A stretch of 36,412 nucleotides of DNA from Gammaproteobacteria bacterium (lineage in GTDB: Bacteria; Pseudomonadota; Gammaproteobacteria; JAQSXL01): NCBI GenBank assembly GCA_029256685.1, contig JAQSXL010000003.1, forward strand, positions 1 through 36,412, given 5' to 3'. Position 1 is the stretch's first letter. The number at the start of each line of letters is the position of its first letter. The translations under genes and the position numbers were made by a program. This document shows positions 7,881 through 17,530 of the stretch, piece by piece. The notes below the pieces were generated by a model. That model worked only from the letters and a program-made list of their open reading frames with translations. It was not told where the DNA came from and searched no databases.

Positions 7881-9359
7881 ATGACCGTTCAAACAGATTA
7901 TGCTAATTTGCTTACTAAAACAAATGCGGTTTTAAATAGAAATGCTAATCTAAATAAAAGTCCAACGAGCATCAGTGTTCTAACTAAAGCATTAGCAACA
8001 GGTACGGATACCTTTGCAGATATGGGTGACACAACAAAATACACGAATATTGAATTCGCGGGAGGCTATTTAGATTTCAACCGTGATCCTTTGGCAGGTG
8101 ATGCAGATAGCGCCCCACGCCAAACAAAAATGCATGCTATAAATTCTTGGTTACATCCAACGGCTAATCAACATAACTTAAGTCCTCAAAACACTTACAA
8201 TCTTTTTTTTGGCTCTTCCGATGCAAACCAATATCATCTTCATGCTGTAGAACACCAGGCTAAGCGGGCATTAGATGTACTTAGACTAAATCATACAGGC
8301 GCAGGATTATTTAATGAGTTGTATACTAATAATGTACAAGTTAAAACAGTAGGTGGTGACATTGTATTAAATGATAATGTTACTAATTATCATCATGTTA
8401 GTAGATCACCTTTTGCTCATGAAGGTAATAATTATATAGATGAAGGGAATTGGAAAATATTCACGGCATTTGCTTTAGAGTATCAAACTGACGTTACATA
8501 TTATAATGCAGCTCAACTTGAGGCTCATTTTCGCTTACCAACAACAATCAGTGATCAGAATCTAGCCAGAGGTATTGCTAAAAAGCCTGATAATACAGAG
8601 CGCGACGCGGATGAAATGGGCGCTTATCTCAGCGATGGTATGGATCAACTTCAGATCGCCGATCCTACTTATTTAACTAGGTTAGTTAATGGTATTACTC
8701 GACCATCGATCGAAGCGGTATTTGATGTTGAAAGCGTAGTTGCAAATTTAGCTGCTGCTGATTTTTTAGCTATTTTAACGGCCATGCTCCCAGCGGATTT
8801 GGCTAATTTATATGTGCACTTAGGGGGATCAGCAGCCGATCTTGATAAAAGTGCAAATGCAATAGTTGCTAACTTTAGCCAATCTGATATAGCTGACTAT
8901 ACCTTTAATGGATTTCAAGCAGAACTTAATACAGCTGTGCAAACCTTGGGTCTAGCCCAGCTTAGGACTTATTTGCTCAATGGTGATCCTGATGAGTTAA
9001 GAGAAGCATTAGGTGACATAATGGGAAATTATCATTATGGACTAGGTACTTATGGTCCGAGAGTAGCAGGATTACAGCAATTGCCATCAGCACTATTAGG
9101 AGAGAGTTCGATAGACTATGTTCAAGCTGCTAATGCCGCGGCCACTGAATTAGCAGACATGGCATGTAAAACTTTTAAATCAGAAGGAGCTGTTTATACA
9201 CCTGTTGCTACACCTGTTTGGACACCATTTAAAAATTTGAATGTAGCAAAAGAAATAACCTATGGCCCTTGTAATTTGACTAATATAGCTAATTATCCTA
9301 ACCATCCGGCACCTAATGTAGCTTTTAAAGTTAACCAGACGAAGCAGTTCAATGTATAA
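7881..9359 (+). CDS. Putative eCIS cargo toxin with a His-Me-finger (DNA/RNA non-specific endonuclease-like) domain
   Basis: MHAINSWL..NLFFGSSDANQYHLHAVE fits the H-x-x-N-x-x-L...NL......N..H....E beta-beta-alpha pattern, followed by the FALEYQTDVTY strand. AGGAG RBS. Lies inside the eCIS locus. Confidence 0.65.
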   Translation: MTVQTDYANLLTKTNAVLNRNANLNKSPTSISVLTKALATGTDTFADMGDTTKYTNIEFAGGYLDFNRDPLAGDADSAPRQTKMHAINSWLHPTANQHNLSPQNTYNLFFGSSDANQYHLHAVEHQAKRALDVLRLNHTGAGLFNELYTNNVQVKTVGGDIVLNDNVTNYHHVSRSPFAHEGNNYIDEGNWKIFTAFALEYQTDVTYYNAAQLEAHFRLPTTISDQNLARGIAKKPDNTERDADEMGAYLSDGMDQLQIADPTYLTRLVNGITRPSIEAVFDVESVVANLAAADFLAILTAMLPADLANLYVHLGGSAADLDKSANAIVANFSQSDIADYTFNGFQAELNTAVQTLGLAQLRTYLLNGDPDELREALGDIMGNYHYGLGTYGPRVAGLQQLPSALLGESSIDYVQAANAAATELADMACKTFKSEGAVYTPVATPVWTPFKNLNVAKEITYGPCNLTNIANYPNHPAPNVAFKVNQTKQFNV

Positions 9360-9405
9360 AAAAATATTATTTTTAATAAGCTAAAACAAAATAAGGATTT
9401 TAAGG

Positions 9406-11037
9406 ATGAATCAATCCCACCCTACGATTATTGCACAACAGGACGTACCTTTAGCTAAATCTATAATATGGGAGTGGCAGCGATTATTTTTTATTGAGCA
9501 GGGTATCCATGCTTGGATTAAGCAAGTACCTTTTTATATAACAAATAATCCTTATATAGCTAATAGTTATGCTAATATTATCATACGTTTTATCCAGGAC
9601 TATAGCCGTCGTAATCCTGCTAATCAATTAGAACCCTTTTATATTATTGAGCTTGGTGCTGGTTGTGGTCTATTTTGTTTTTACACTATAAAACGTTTAC
9701 TGCAATTACAAAAACAACTTAAACTAGAACATGTCAAATTTGTCTATGTATTAACTGATTTTGTAGATTACAACATTAATTTTTTGCAACAACATGTACA
9801 ACTGCAAGCTTATTTTGAGCAAGGAATTTTAGATATAGCAAAATTTGATATTGAACAAGATGATCAACTTGTGTTGCTTAACAGTAACTTAACTTTAAAT
9901 AGAACTGACAATCAAAATAACTCTCATAATCCTATGATTGTAATTGCTAATTATATATTTGACTCAATCTGTCATGATATTTTTTCTATAAAAGAGGGAC
10001 AATTGCAAGAAGCTTTGGTTACCTTAAATGTCAACAAACAATATTACGAATCAGCACTGAAAAATTATCAGGGTCAACCGATTGAACATATTGACACAAT
10101 CTTTAATTATCGAGATACAGATACTAATTACTATGCCGACCCTAGCTTCAATACTGTTTTAGAATATTATCTTGCCCACTATCAGAATATTAACTTATCA
10201 TTTCCCATAGGCGCTTTAGGCTGTCTGAAGCGTTTGCAGAAACTTACGCAAAATCACTTACTGCTACTCGTAACCGATAAAGGTATTGCCTCATCGCCGA
10301 ATGAAAATATAGGTCAAGATACAAACATAGCCTTTCATGGCAGTATTTCTATGATGGTAAATTTGCATGCATTAGGTCTTTATACTCAGCTTTTAGATGG
10401 CGATTTTTATTATCAGGAAAGACAACAATCTATAAGTAGTTGTGCATTTTTACTGGGAGAGCGTTTGCAAGATTTACCAGAAACCCAACAAGCACTTAAG
10501 ACATATTTTAACTATTACAGCCCGGGTAATTTATTTGAGCTTTATCATAATTCATATATTTATAACTCTCACCTTAATTTAGCTGAATTACTAACATTTT
10601 TGAATTTGAGTTGTTATGATCCAATGATTTTTAATAGATGGCTTGAGAAAATTCTGTACGCTGCCCAGAATGCAATAGAGCTATTGGTTAGCGATTTAGT
10701 TAAACTTCTACCTAAGTTTGCCGAAAATTTTTATTATTTGCCTGAACAACCTAATATTTTTTTCAATATTGGTGTTTTTTTACAGGAGTTTAAGCACTAT
10801 CAAGAGGCTATTGATTACTATGAGCTCTCACTTAACTACATCTTACAAAAAGAATTAGCCTATTATAATATAGGTATTTGTAATTATTATTTGGCTGACT
10901 ATCAATCGGCTATTGCTATGATGGAACGTTATATAAAGGTATTCGTTAATGATGTAGCTGCCTATAGTTGGTTGATGAAAGCCAAAGCTAAATTAGCAAA
11001 TATAGCTCTCCCTATATTTTTAAGTGACCGAGATTAA
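9406..11037 (+). CDS. SAM-dependent methyltransferase (MidA/NDUFAF7-like) with C-terminal TPRs, type A
   Basis: YIIELGAGCG (motif I), YVLTDF and IANYIFDSI..DIF (compare NDUFAF7 xNExFDALP). TPRs: FNIGVFLQ..YQEAIDYYE, YYNIGICNY. Confidence 0.8.
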   Translation: MNQSHPTIIAQQDVPLAKSIIWEWQRLFFIEQGIHAWIKQVPFYITNNPYIANSYANIIIRFIQDYSRRNPANQLEPFYIIELGAGCGLFCFYTIKRLLQLQKQLKLEHVKFVYVLTDFVDYNINFLQQHVQLQAYFEQGILDIAKFDIEQDDQLVLLNSNLTLNRTDNQNNSHNPMIVIANYIFDSICHDIFSIKEGQLQEALVTLNVNKQYYESALKNYQGQPIEHIDTIFNYRDTDTNYYADPSFNTVLEYYLAHYQNINLSFPIGALGCLKRLQKLTQNHLLLLVTDKGIASSPNENIGQDTNIAFHGSISMMVNLHALGLYTQLLDGDFYYQERQQSISSCAFLLGERLQDLPETQQALKTYFNYYSPGNLFELYHNSYIYNSHLNLAELLTFLNLSCYDPMIFNRWLEKILYAAQNAIELLVSDLVKLLPKFAENFYYLPEQPNIFFNIGVFLQEFKHYQEAIDYYELSLNYILQKELAYYNIGICNYYLADYQSAIAMMERYIKVFVNDVAAYSWLMKAKAKLANIALPIFLSDRD

Positions 11038-11049
11038 TTAGGTATATAT

Positions 11050-12660
11050 ATGAAAAATAGCTCTAAGAATAAATATTTACCGCTATCTCAATCTAATATT
11101 TGGCGAAAGCAAAAATTATTTTATAGGCAAAATGGAATTATGGCATGGAGCAACAATAAGATGCCTTTCTATGCAACGTCTAATCCTTATATTGCAGACA
11201 GTTATGCGCAAATTATTATTAGATTTTTCCAAGATACAATCTCTTTACCTACATATTCAGATCAGGAGCCTATCTATATACTAGAGATGGGTACAGGCAC
11301 TGGGATGTTTAGCTATCACTTAATTAAAAAGTTGCTTACATTACAGCAGGATTTAAATTTAAGTCATGTTAAGTGGCAGTATATTATGAGTGATATAGTG
11401 AGTGGGAATCTAGATTTTTGGGAAACTCAACCTAATTTAAGACCTTACATTGAAGCAGGCTACATAGACTTTGCAATATATGATGCAGAAAAAAATAATA
11501 AAATTCAGCTAAAGCGATCTCAATTAATTTTGACAGATAAGACATTTAGCAATCCCTTAATTGCCATTGCTAATTATGTGTTTGATTCACTACGCCATGA
11601 TTTTTGTTATATAAAAGCAGGTGAAATACAGATAGGAATGGTCAATCCTATACTAGAAATTGATAATAACATCAATAACCAGGGAATGGATATACGTGCT
11701 ATTGATCCAGAATTTCACTATAGTACGGTAGCACTCCCTTTCTACAAGCAATCAGTAATAAATAATATCTTGGCAGAGTTGAGAGCTAATGTGAACAATA
11801 ATCATTTTATCTTGCCTATAGGTCCGATAAATTGTTTAGAAAATTTACTACATATGGCTAAAGATCAACTATTAGTACTTATTGCAGATAAAGGATATAG
11901 TTATAGCTATGAAAACTATAAACACGCTCCAACTGATATAGTTATTCATCATGACGCGATTTCTCTAGCAGTAAATTTCCAGGCTCTTGCGCAATATACA
12001 ACATTGAAAAAAGGAAGTACGTATTTAAGCAATGGCACATTCGATATTAATTGCGCTGCTTTATTATTTGGAAATAATCAACCTAAATTTAATGAAACTC
12101 GCACTGCAATTAATAGCCAATTTGAACGGTTTAATCCGGGTGGTTTAACTCGCTTACATGTTTTTCTCAATGCTTATAAGCAGTTTAGCAATCCGGGTTT
12201 AGTGTTAGCTCAACTTAATAATACATGTTGGGATACTAACGTTTTCAACGAAAATTTAATGATCCTTATGCAATTAACTAAGCATAATACACCTTATACC
12301 CTCGAAGATTTGTATGCTATTCTGCCAAAAGTTGCAAATAATTTTTATTATACTCCATGGGCACCAGATACTTTATTTAATATTGGTTTATTGCTACAAA
12401 ATTTGGAAGATTACCAAGGTGCTATTGATTATTATCAACGCTCTATTTCTTATTTTGGCCGTTTAACTAGACAGTTACATAATATGGCTATTTGCCATTA
12501 CAACTTAGGTCAGATAGAGCAGGCAAGACAGCTATGGTATGAAACATTGACACTCGATAGCGAACATCATGAAGCATCCGGTTGGTTAGGTTATTTAACA
12601 AGATATCATAATAATTGGAGAGCACCCAAAACCGAGGTGTCAATCAGCATTGAAAAATAG
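11050..12660 (+). CDS. SAM-dependent methyltransferase (MidA/NDUFAF7-like) with C-terminal TPRs, type B
   Basis: YILEMGTGTG, YIMSD, IANYVFDSLRHDF and ADKGY. TPRs: LFNIGLLLQ..YQGAIDYYQ, LHNMAICHY. Confidence 0.8.
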   Translation: MKNSSKNKYLPLSQSNIWRKQKLFYRQNGIMAWSNNKMPFYATSNPYIADSYAQIIIRFFQDTISLPTYSDQEPIYILEMGTGTGMFSYHLIKKLLTLQQDLNLSHVKWQYIMSDIVSGNLDFWETQPNLRPYIEAGYIDFAIYDAEKNNKIQLKRSQLILTDKTFSNPLIAIANYVFDSLRHDFCYIKAGEIQIGMVNPILEIDNNINNQGMDIRAIDPEFHYSTVALPFYKQSVINNILAELRANVNNNHFILPIGPINCLENLLHMAKDQLLVLIADKGYSYSYENYKHAPTDIVIHHDAISLAVNFQALAQYTTLKKGSTYLSNGTFDINCAALLFGNNQPKFNETRTAINSQFERFNPGGLTRLHVFLNAYKQFSNPGLVLAQLNNTCWDTNVFNENLMILMQLTKHNTPYTLEDLYAILPKVANNFYYTPWAPDTLFNIGLLLQNLEDYQGAIDYYQRSISYFGRLTRQLHNMAICHYNLGQIEQARQLWYETLTLDSEHHEASGWLGYLTRYHNNWRAPKTEVSISIEK

Positions 12661-12880
12661 TAACTGTTCAGTTGGTTTATCTGATTATGAATATTAGCTT
12701 GTCATGGCTTGCGTCGCATCAAAATAAAAGGTAACCTCGCTTTTTTTCGGTTACCTTTAATATGAGTCAACGATCCATTTTTTTCTACTTTTAGTTACAT
12801 TTAATTTGATTCAATTCGTAGCTTGACATTGGTTAGCTAATATGTTAATTTTTATGCTAAATTGTTATAGCTGAATTTTT

Positions 12881-12914
12881 AAAGCCCTGGTAGAGTCATC
12901 TACCGGGGCTTTTT
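12881..12914 (+). terminator. Rho-independent terminator
   Basis: AAAGCCCTGGTAGA-GTCA-TCTACCGGGGCTTTTT: a GC-rich stem followed by a T-run. Confidence 0.75.
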
Positions 12915-13160
12915 CGTTGGTAGATACGTTATATCTTTTCAGCCATTTTGCCGTCGCGGGGCAATATTTTTTAGCGTAATTCATCTTCTAATAAGTGCAT
13001 TATCAATACCCCGGCTTATTTTCAATAGTGGTCTTATTGAAAGTGCCGCCAAGGATAAACATCTTTTAAAACCCCAATTTCATGCAATATAGCCTCAATA
13101 TTCCAGCGCAAGTCATGCGCCGCTGGCAAAGAGTATTAGGGTTTAAGCAAGGAGCATTTT

Positions 13161-15470
13161 ATGAATACGCAAAGGCATGTTATTAAAAGGCAGGTACTAG
13201 AGTTGCCATTGTCTTCATCAAGCGAGCTGCAGTTGCGAGAACAACAGTTTAAACGGATCTATTATCAAACTTTACTACCGACTATAGAAAATTATTTTAA
13301 TCAACTTGCGAAGTCAGATTTACACTATCAGTTAGATAGTATAGCGCTTGAAATCAAGGATTTCGATTGGGATAACCTGACGGCGCACAACTTTGTTGGC
13401 CAGTTAGAACAACAACTCGAGCTACAAGTTAAAAAACAGATCACGGCGCAAACCAAATCAATGCAATCTGCGATGATACAACCACAACCATCGAGTAGGA
13501 CACCGGTTCAAATTTTACGTCACTTTTTGCAGACTGGTACCCTACCCTGGTGGGCAGAGGAATTAAGTCGCCAACAGTTTGATAGTTGGCTACAACAAAT
13601 ATTACGGCAAGAAGCCGCGATAATACCCCTATTGCGGCAGGCTATAGCGGAGCCTCGTGGCCGCAGACGGTGTATTTTGCAATTTTCAGATACAAGTCTG
13701 TGGCACCTGTGCCAAAAATTATTACCGTCCATCCATTTTCCACACGTGGATTCGGTACCCTTTAGTAAAAATGGCGTGAATTATCGCGAAATTGCCAGAG
13801 TGCTAGGCCTAGATGCCGCGTACTTTAGAGAGCAACACTGGGATACTTTACTTGGATTGAGTATGACAAACGAGCAACAACATTTCACACCCGTAGCGTT
13901 GATACAAAAATATTGGCATAAGTTAGCCAGGATAAATGACGGGAAATTAAAGGATTGGCGGAATAACTTAGCCAAGGCAAAGTTATTAACCGCGGAGCAG
14001 CGCAAGGCTTTAGCCGATAAATCTATGCAGTTTAACGCTGGTAATGATGAGCTTTCGCTATGGTTAGCCGAATTGGCTAAATTGCAGCAATTAACCATAG
14101 ACGGGGCGGATTTTGCTGCGCGATTAACACGCTTGGAACAAAAGAAGCCCCAGGATATGAGCACGCAGCATTGGCAGGTATTAAAACAGCAGTTTAGCAT
14201 GCTTAAACGCATGCTAGATGATTACCAAAATGCAGCAAAAGCCAAGCAAATTGGAAATTTAACCGCAGACCAGTTAAAGAGCGAGGCGCTAGTTTTAAGG
14301 CAAGAATGCCAACTTTACCTGCTTAACTTTGAACAAAATGTGGCCCGGCTTGAGTTGCAGCTGAATTCCATTCAACAGTTTATGGCACGTTTACAGCATA
14401 TTTACAAGCTGCCGCCTCCTAGTAGCAATTTTTGCGAGGCTTTGCAACAGCTTAGTACCGATCTTAGCACGGTATTCAAACCCTATTTGGACGGTGCTAT
14501 CGCCCAACGCTGTTTTGGCCTGCTAAAATACGCCAAAGTTCGTTTATTAACTCCAATTTCAGACCATGAGTTGCTGAAGTATACCCAAAAGTTTTATGGC
14601 CTTATCGATAAGGAGCTCGTTAAATTACAGCTCATGGTCGACTATGCGCGCCAAAATCTCCTGGAGGTACAACAACAATTATTGCCGTATCAGGCGTTCT
14701 ATCAATCACTGCAAACTCTCTTAGTCTCCGTAGAAGATCAACAACGACCCTTAACCGATGGATTACTCATGGAACTGAAACGGGCAACGCTAGCATTGGT
14801 GGCTACCGATTTGCGCCTGCATGGGCAGAGTCTATTGGGGAAATTAGGCCAATATCAGCCTAAACGTAATAATACAGCGGCTATTAGCAGCGACATCCGG
14901 AATGCCTTATGTAAATTGATTAAGCAGGCGAGTGTGGCGCAGGGCAAATCGACTGATGCTTTTAGCGACGTGGAAGAGGTATTCGTAAGTAATGCCGGAC
15001 TTGTCATACTATGGCCCTATCTTGGACGATTTTTTACAGGTATTGGCTTATTGACAGAGGGACGTTTTAAGAGTCAAGAGGCGGCCGAGCGAGCAGCCTT
15101 ACTATGCCATTATCTAGTAGCGCCTAACGAACAGCCTTCGGAACCGTCGTTAGCGCTCAACAAGTTGCTGTGTGGGTTGGAATTGGCCTATCCTATATCG
15201 CTGGAAATAACCTTAACCGAGAACGAGCAGAGTGCAATTGAAGAACTACTTAGCGCTGCGGCGGGTAATTGGGCGGCATTAAAAACTACTAATCCCAATG
15301 CCTTACGGCAGTTGTTCTTGCAGCGTAATGGTTCATTGCAGATCAAAGACGGTAATTATTTAGTACGGGTAGAGCGTAAGAGTCATGATATTTTATTGGA
15401 TAAGCTACCTTGGAGCATCGCTAACATCAGGTTAGCCTGGTTGGATTCGCTTATTCGAGTTGAATGGTAA
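13161..15470 (+). CDS. afp14: Contractile injection system tape measure protein (Afp14/CIS_TMP-like)
   Basis: N-terminal HVIKRQVLEL and HFLQTGTLPWW. C-terminal NAGLVILWPYLGRFF..LNKLLCG..LRQLFLQRNGSL..VRVERKSHDILLDKLPWSIANIRLAWLDSLIRVEW, the typical CIS TMP ends. Confidence 0.9.
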   Translation: MNTQRHVIKRQVLELPLSSSSELQLREQQFKRIYYQTLLPTIENYFNQLAKSDLHYQLDSIALEIKDFDWDNLTAHNFVGQLEQQLELQVKKQITAQTKSMQSAMIQPQPSSRTPVQILRHFLQTGTLPWWAEELSRQQFDSWLQQILRQEAAIIPLLRQAIAEPRGRRRCILQFSDTSLWHLCQKLLPSIHFPHVDSVPFSKNGVNYREIARVLGLDAAYFREQHWDTLLGLSMTNEQQHFTPVALIQKYWHKLARINDGKLKDWRNNLAKAKLLTAEQRKALADKSMQFNAGNDELSLWLAELAKLQQLTIDGADFAARLTRLEQKKPQDMSTQHWQVLKQQFSMLKRMLDDYQNAAKAKQIGNLTADQLKSEALVLRQECQLYLLNFEQNVARLELQLNSIQQFMARLQHIYKLPPPSSNFCEALQQLSTDLSTVFKPYLDGAIAQRCFGLLKYAKVRLLTPISDHELLKYTQKFYGLIDKELVKLQLMVDYARQNLLEVQQQLLPYQAFYQSLQTLLVSVEDQQRPLTDGLLMELKRATLALVATDLRLHGQSLLGKLGQYQPKRNNTAAISSDIRNALCKLIKQASVAQGKSTDAFSDVEEVFVSNAGLVILWPYLGRFFTGIGLLTEGRFKSQEAAERAALLCHYLVAPNEQPSEPSLALNKLLCGLELAYPISLEITLTENEQSAIEELLSAAAGNWAALKTTNPNALRQLFLQRNGSLQIKDGNYLVRVERKSHDILLDKLPWSIANIRLAWLDSLIRVEW

Positions 15471-15502
15471 TTGGATATCTACCTAAATAGCGAGATAGAT
15501 TT

Positions 15503-17470
15503 ATGGATAATGAAGCGCCAAAGCAGCTCAAAATTCTAACAGAGCTAGAGGCATTGCATACCTGTTTAGAGCAATATATTGCGTCGGTTGAGAAGGGAGA
15601 ACCTTTTAATCTTACCCTGCCAACCTTGGCTACGGATCAATCTACCTTGCCCTTACAGTATTTAGGTCGTGTGCTAAAGCTATCCGAGTTAGAGCACTAT
15701 ATTTTACTGCTCTGTTTGGGGCAAGAGCTAGACCAGCGGTTTGCGCGCGTATGCGCTAGGGCACAAGCTAGCGCCGATCTGGCGTATCCTACCCTTAGTT
15801 TAGTTATAAATTTGTTTAATAAACAAGGAGCCGTATTAAAAGCGGTGAATCAACTGCATTTTTGGCAGCTTATTAAGATAGGTAAAGAGAACGCCAGTCA
15901 ATCTTATAGTTCTTTGCGATTGACGGAATGGACTTTTCACTATCTTTTAGGTCAGGGAGAGCTAGACCAATGGCTAAGAACTTTTTTACAACCACTTAAA
16001 ACTAAGCAACCTAGCTTGAGTAGTGAGCAAAAGTTAGCGCAGGGTATCGTAGAACATTGGACCAATACGCAACAGATGGCTATGCCCGCCATTATTCAAC
16101 TCATTAGCGACGATAAGGCGAGTCATCAGCAAATAGCGACCCTCACAGCCGAGTATTATAATACACCCATTTATCAATTTAATTTGATGAGTTTACCTAA
16201 TCATCGCTATGATTTAGATAGTTATAGGCGTTTGTTAGAGCGCGAGATATTGGTGCAACAAGGTATTTACTTAATCGATTGTGATTATTTGCATACCGAA
16301 CGGCCCGCTGATATCTATCACATCATCTATATGTTAGAGTGTTTGTTAAGAAGTATCCCTCAAAGTTGTATACTCAGTGTTACTCAGCCTTTGCCGCAGT
16401 TGAATGTTCCTTTGTACCCCCTCTACGTTACCAAACTCGAGTCTACAGATCGCCTAACCTTGTGGCAGCACGTGTTGTCAGAACGTAAACTACAGGTTGA
16501 ACCAAATAGATTAGTGCAGTGGAGTGAGCATTTTAAATTGAGCAGACAACAGATCAATGATGTGGTTTGCAATATTAATGAGCAAGCGGAAAGTAAGCTA
16601 GAGGATAAAATTTGGCAAAGTTGCCGACAGCAAACGCGCAAACCTATTGCCGGTATGGCTAAGTGGATAGAACCCAAGGCCAAGTGGCAAGATTTAGTAT
16701 TAGCTGAAAATGAGTTAGTCGTATTAGAGGATATGGTTGAACAATTTGCCCATAGGCATAGAGTTTATCAAGAATGGGGATTTGCCGCTAAGAACCAACG
16801 AAATCTAGCGATGGCGGCTCTGTTTTATGGGGCCAGTGGTACAGGCAAAACCTTGACGGCCGAGGTGCTGGCTAACCAGCTGCAGCTTGACTTATTACAA
16901 GTCGACTTAAGCAAGGCTATCAACAAATACATAGGCGAAACCGAGAAAAACCTCGACCAAATTTTCCAAGCGGCAGAGCAAAGTGGGGCGCTGCTCTTGT
17001 TTGACGAAGCGGATGCACTATTTGGTAAAAGGCTACAGGTTAACGATAGCAAAGACCGTTATGCCAATATTGCAACCAGTTATTTATTGCAGCGTATGGA
17101 AGCTTTCCAGGGCTTGGCTATTTTAACCACTAATTTCAAACAGGCGTTGGATCAGGCTTTTATGCGTCGGTTTCGATTTGTGCTTAAATTTGCATCGCCT
17201 GGTCCATACCAACGAAAGCAGTTGTGGCAACGGGTTTTCCCCAACGCCATGCCGATACAAGGATTAGACTATGACAAACTCGGTGAGCTTAGCTTAACTG
17301 GAGGACAAATCAGCCTCATCGCTTTAAACGCGGCTTTCAAGGCGGCGGCCTATGGTAGACCGGTGGACATGGCTATGCTTTTAGCTTTGGTTGACCAAGA
17401 GTTGGCTAAATCGGGTGTACCGGCTGTTGTGCTACAGCTTAATAAAGATTACGTGGCTTCGCCCGGGTAA
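15503..17470 (+). CDS. afp15: eCIS AAA+ ATPase (Afp15/Pvc15-like), copy 1; first AAA module degenerate
   Basis: N-terminal LSELEHYILLLCLGQELD. C-terminal Walker A GASGTGKT, KYIGETEKNL, Walker B LLFDEADALFGKR and DRYAN..SYLLQRME. Confidence 0.9.
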   Translation: MDNEAPKQLKILTELEALHTCLEQYIASVEKGEPFNLTLPTLATDQSTLPLQYLGRVLKLSELEHYILLLCLGQELDQRFARVCARAQASADLAYPTLSLVINLFNKQGAVLKAVNQLHFWQLIKIGKENASQSYSSLRLTEWTFHYLLGQGELDQWLRTFLQPLKTKQPSLSSEQKLAQGIVEHWTNTQQMAMPAIIQLISDDKASHQQIATLTAEYYNTPIYQFNLMSLPNHRYDLDSYRRLLEREILVQQGIYLIDCDYLHTERPADIYHIIYMLECLLRSIPQSCILSVTQPLPQLNVPLYPLYVTKLESTDRLTLWQHVLSERKLQVEPNRLVQWSEHFKLSRQQINDVVCNINEQAESKLEDKIWQSCRQQTRKPIAGMAKWIEPKAKWQDLVLAENELVVLEDMVEQFAHRHRVYQEWGFAAKNQRNLAMAALFYGASGTGKTLTAEVLANQLQLDLLQVDLSKAINKYIGETEKNLDQIFQAAEQSGALLLFDEADALFGKRLQVNDSKDRYANIATSYLLQRMEAFQGLAILTTNFKQALDQAFMRRFRFVLKFASPGPYQRKQLWQRVFPNAMPIQGLDYDKLGELSLTGGQISLIALNAAFKAAAYGRPVDMAMLLALVDQELAKSGVPAVVLQLNKDYVASPG

Positions 17471-17530
17471 TAAGCCGTTTGTAGTCAATTCGCAATTTCT
17501 TCACTTGCTTAATTTTAAGCGACTAAATGC

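Noticed and set aside
9406-12660. MTases as DNA methyltransferases of a restriction-modification system with the adjacent nuclease
   Set aside because: The NPY in SNPYIA/NNPYIA is not an (N/D)PPY motif IV in context and there is no PC motif. The NYxFD motif plus TPRs fits MidA/NDUFAF7-like protein MTases better. A nucleic-acid substrate is not formally excluded.
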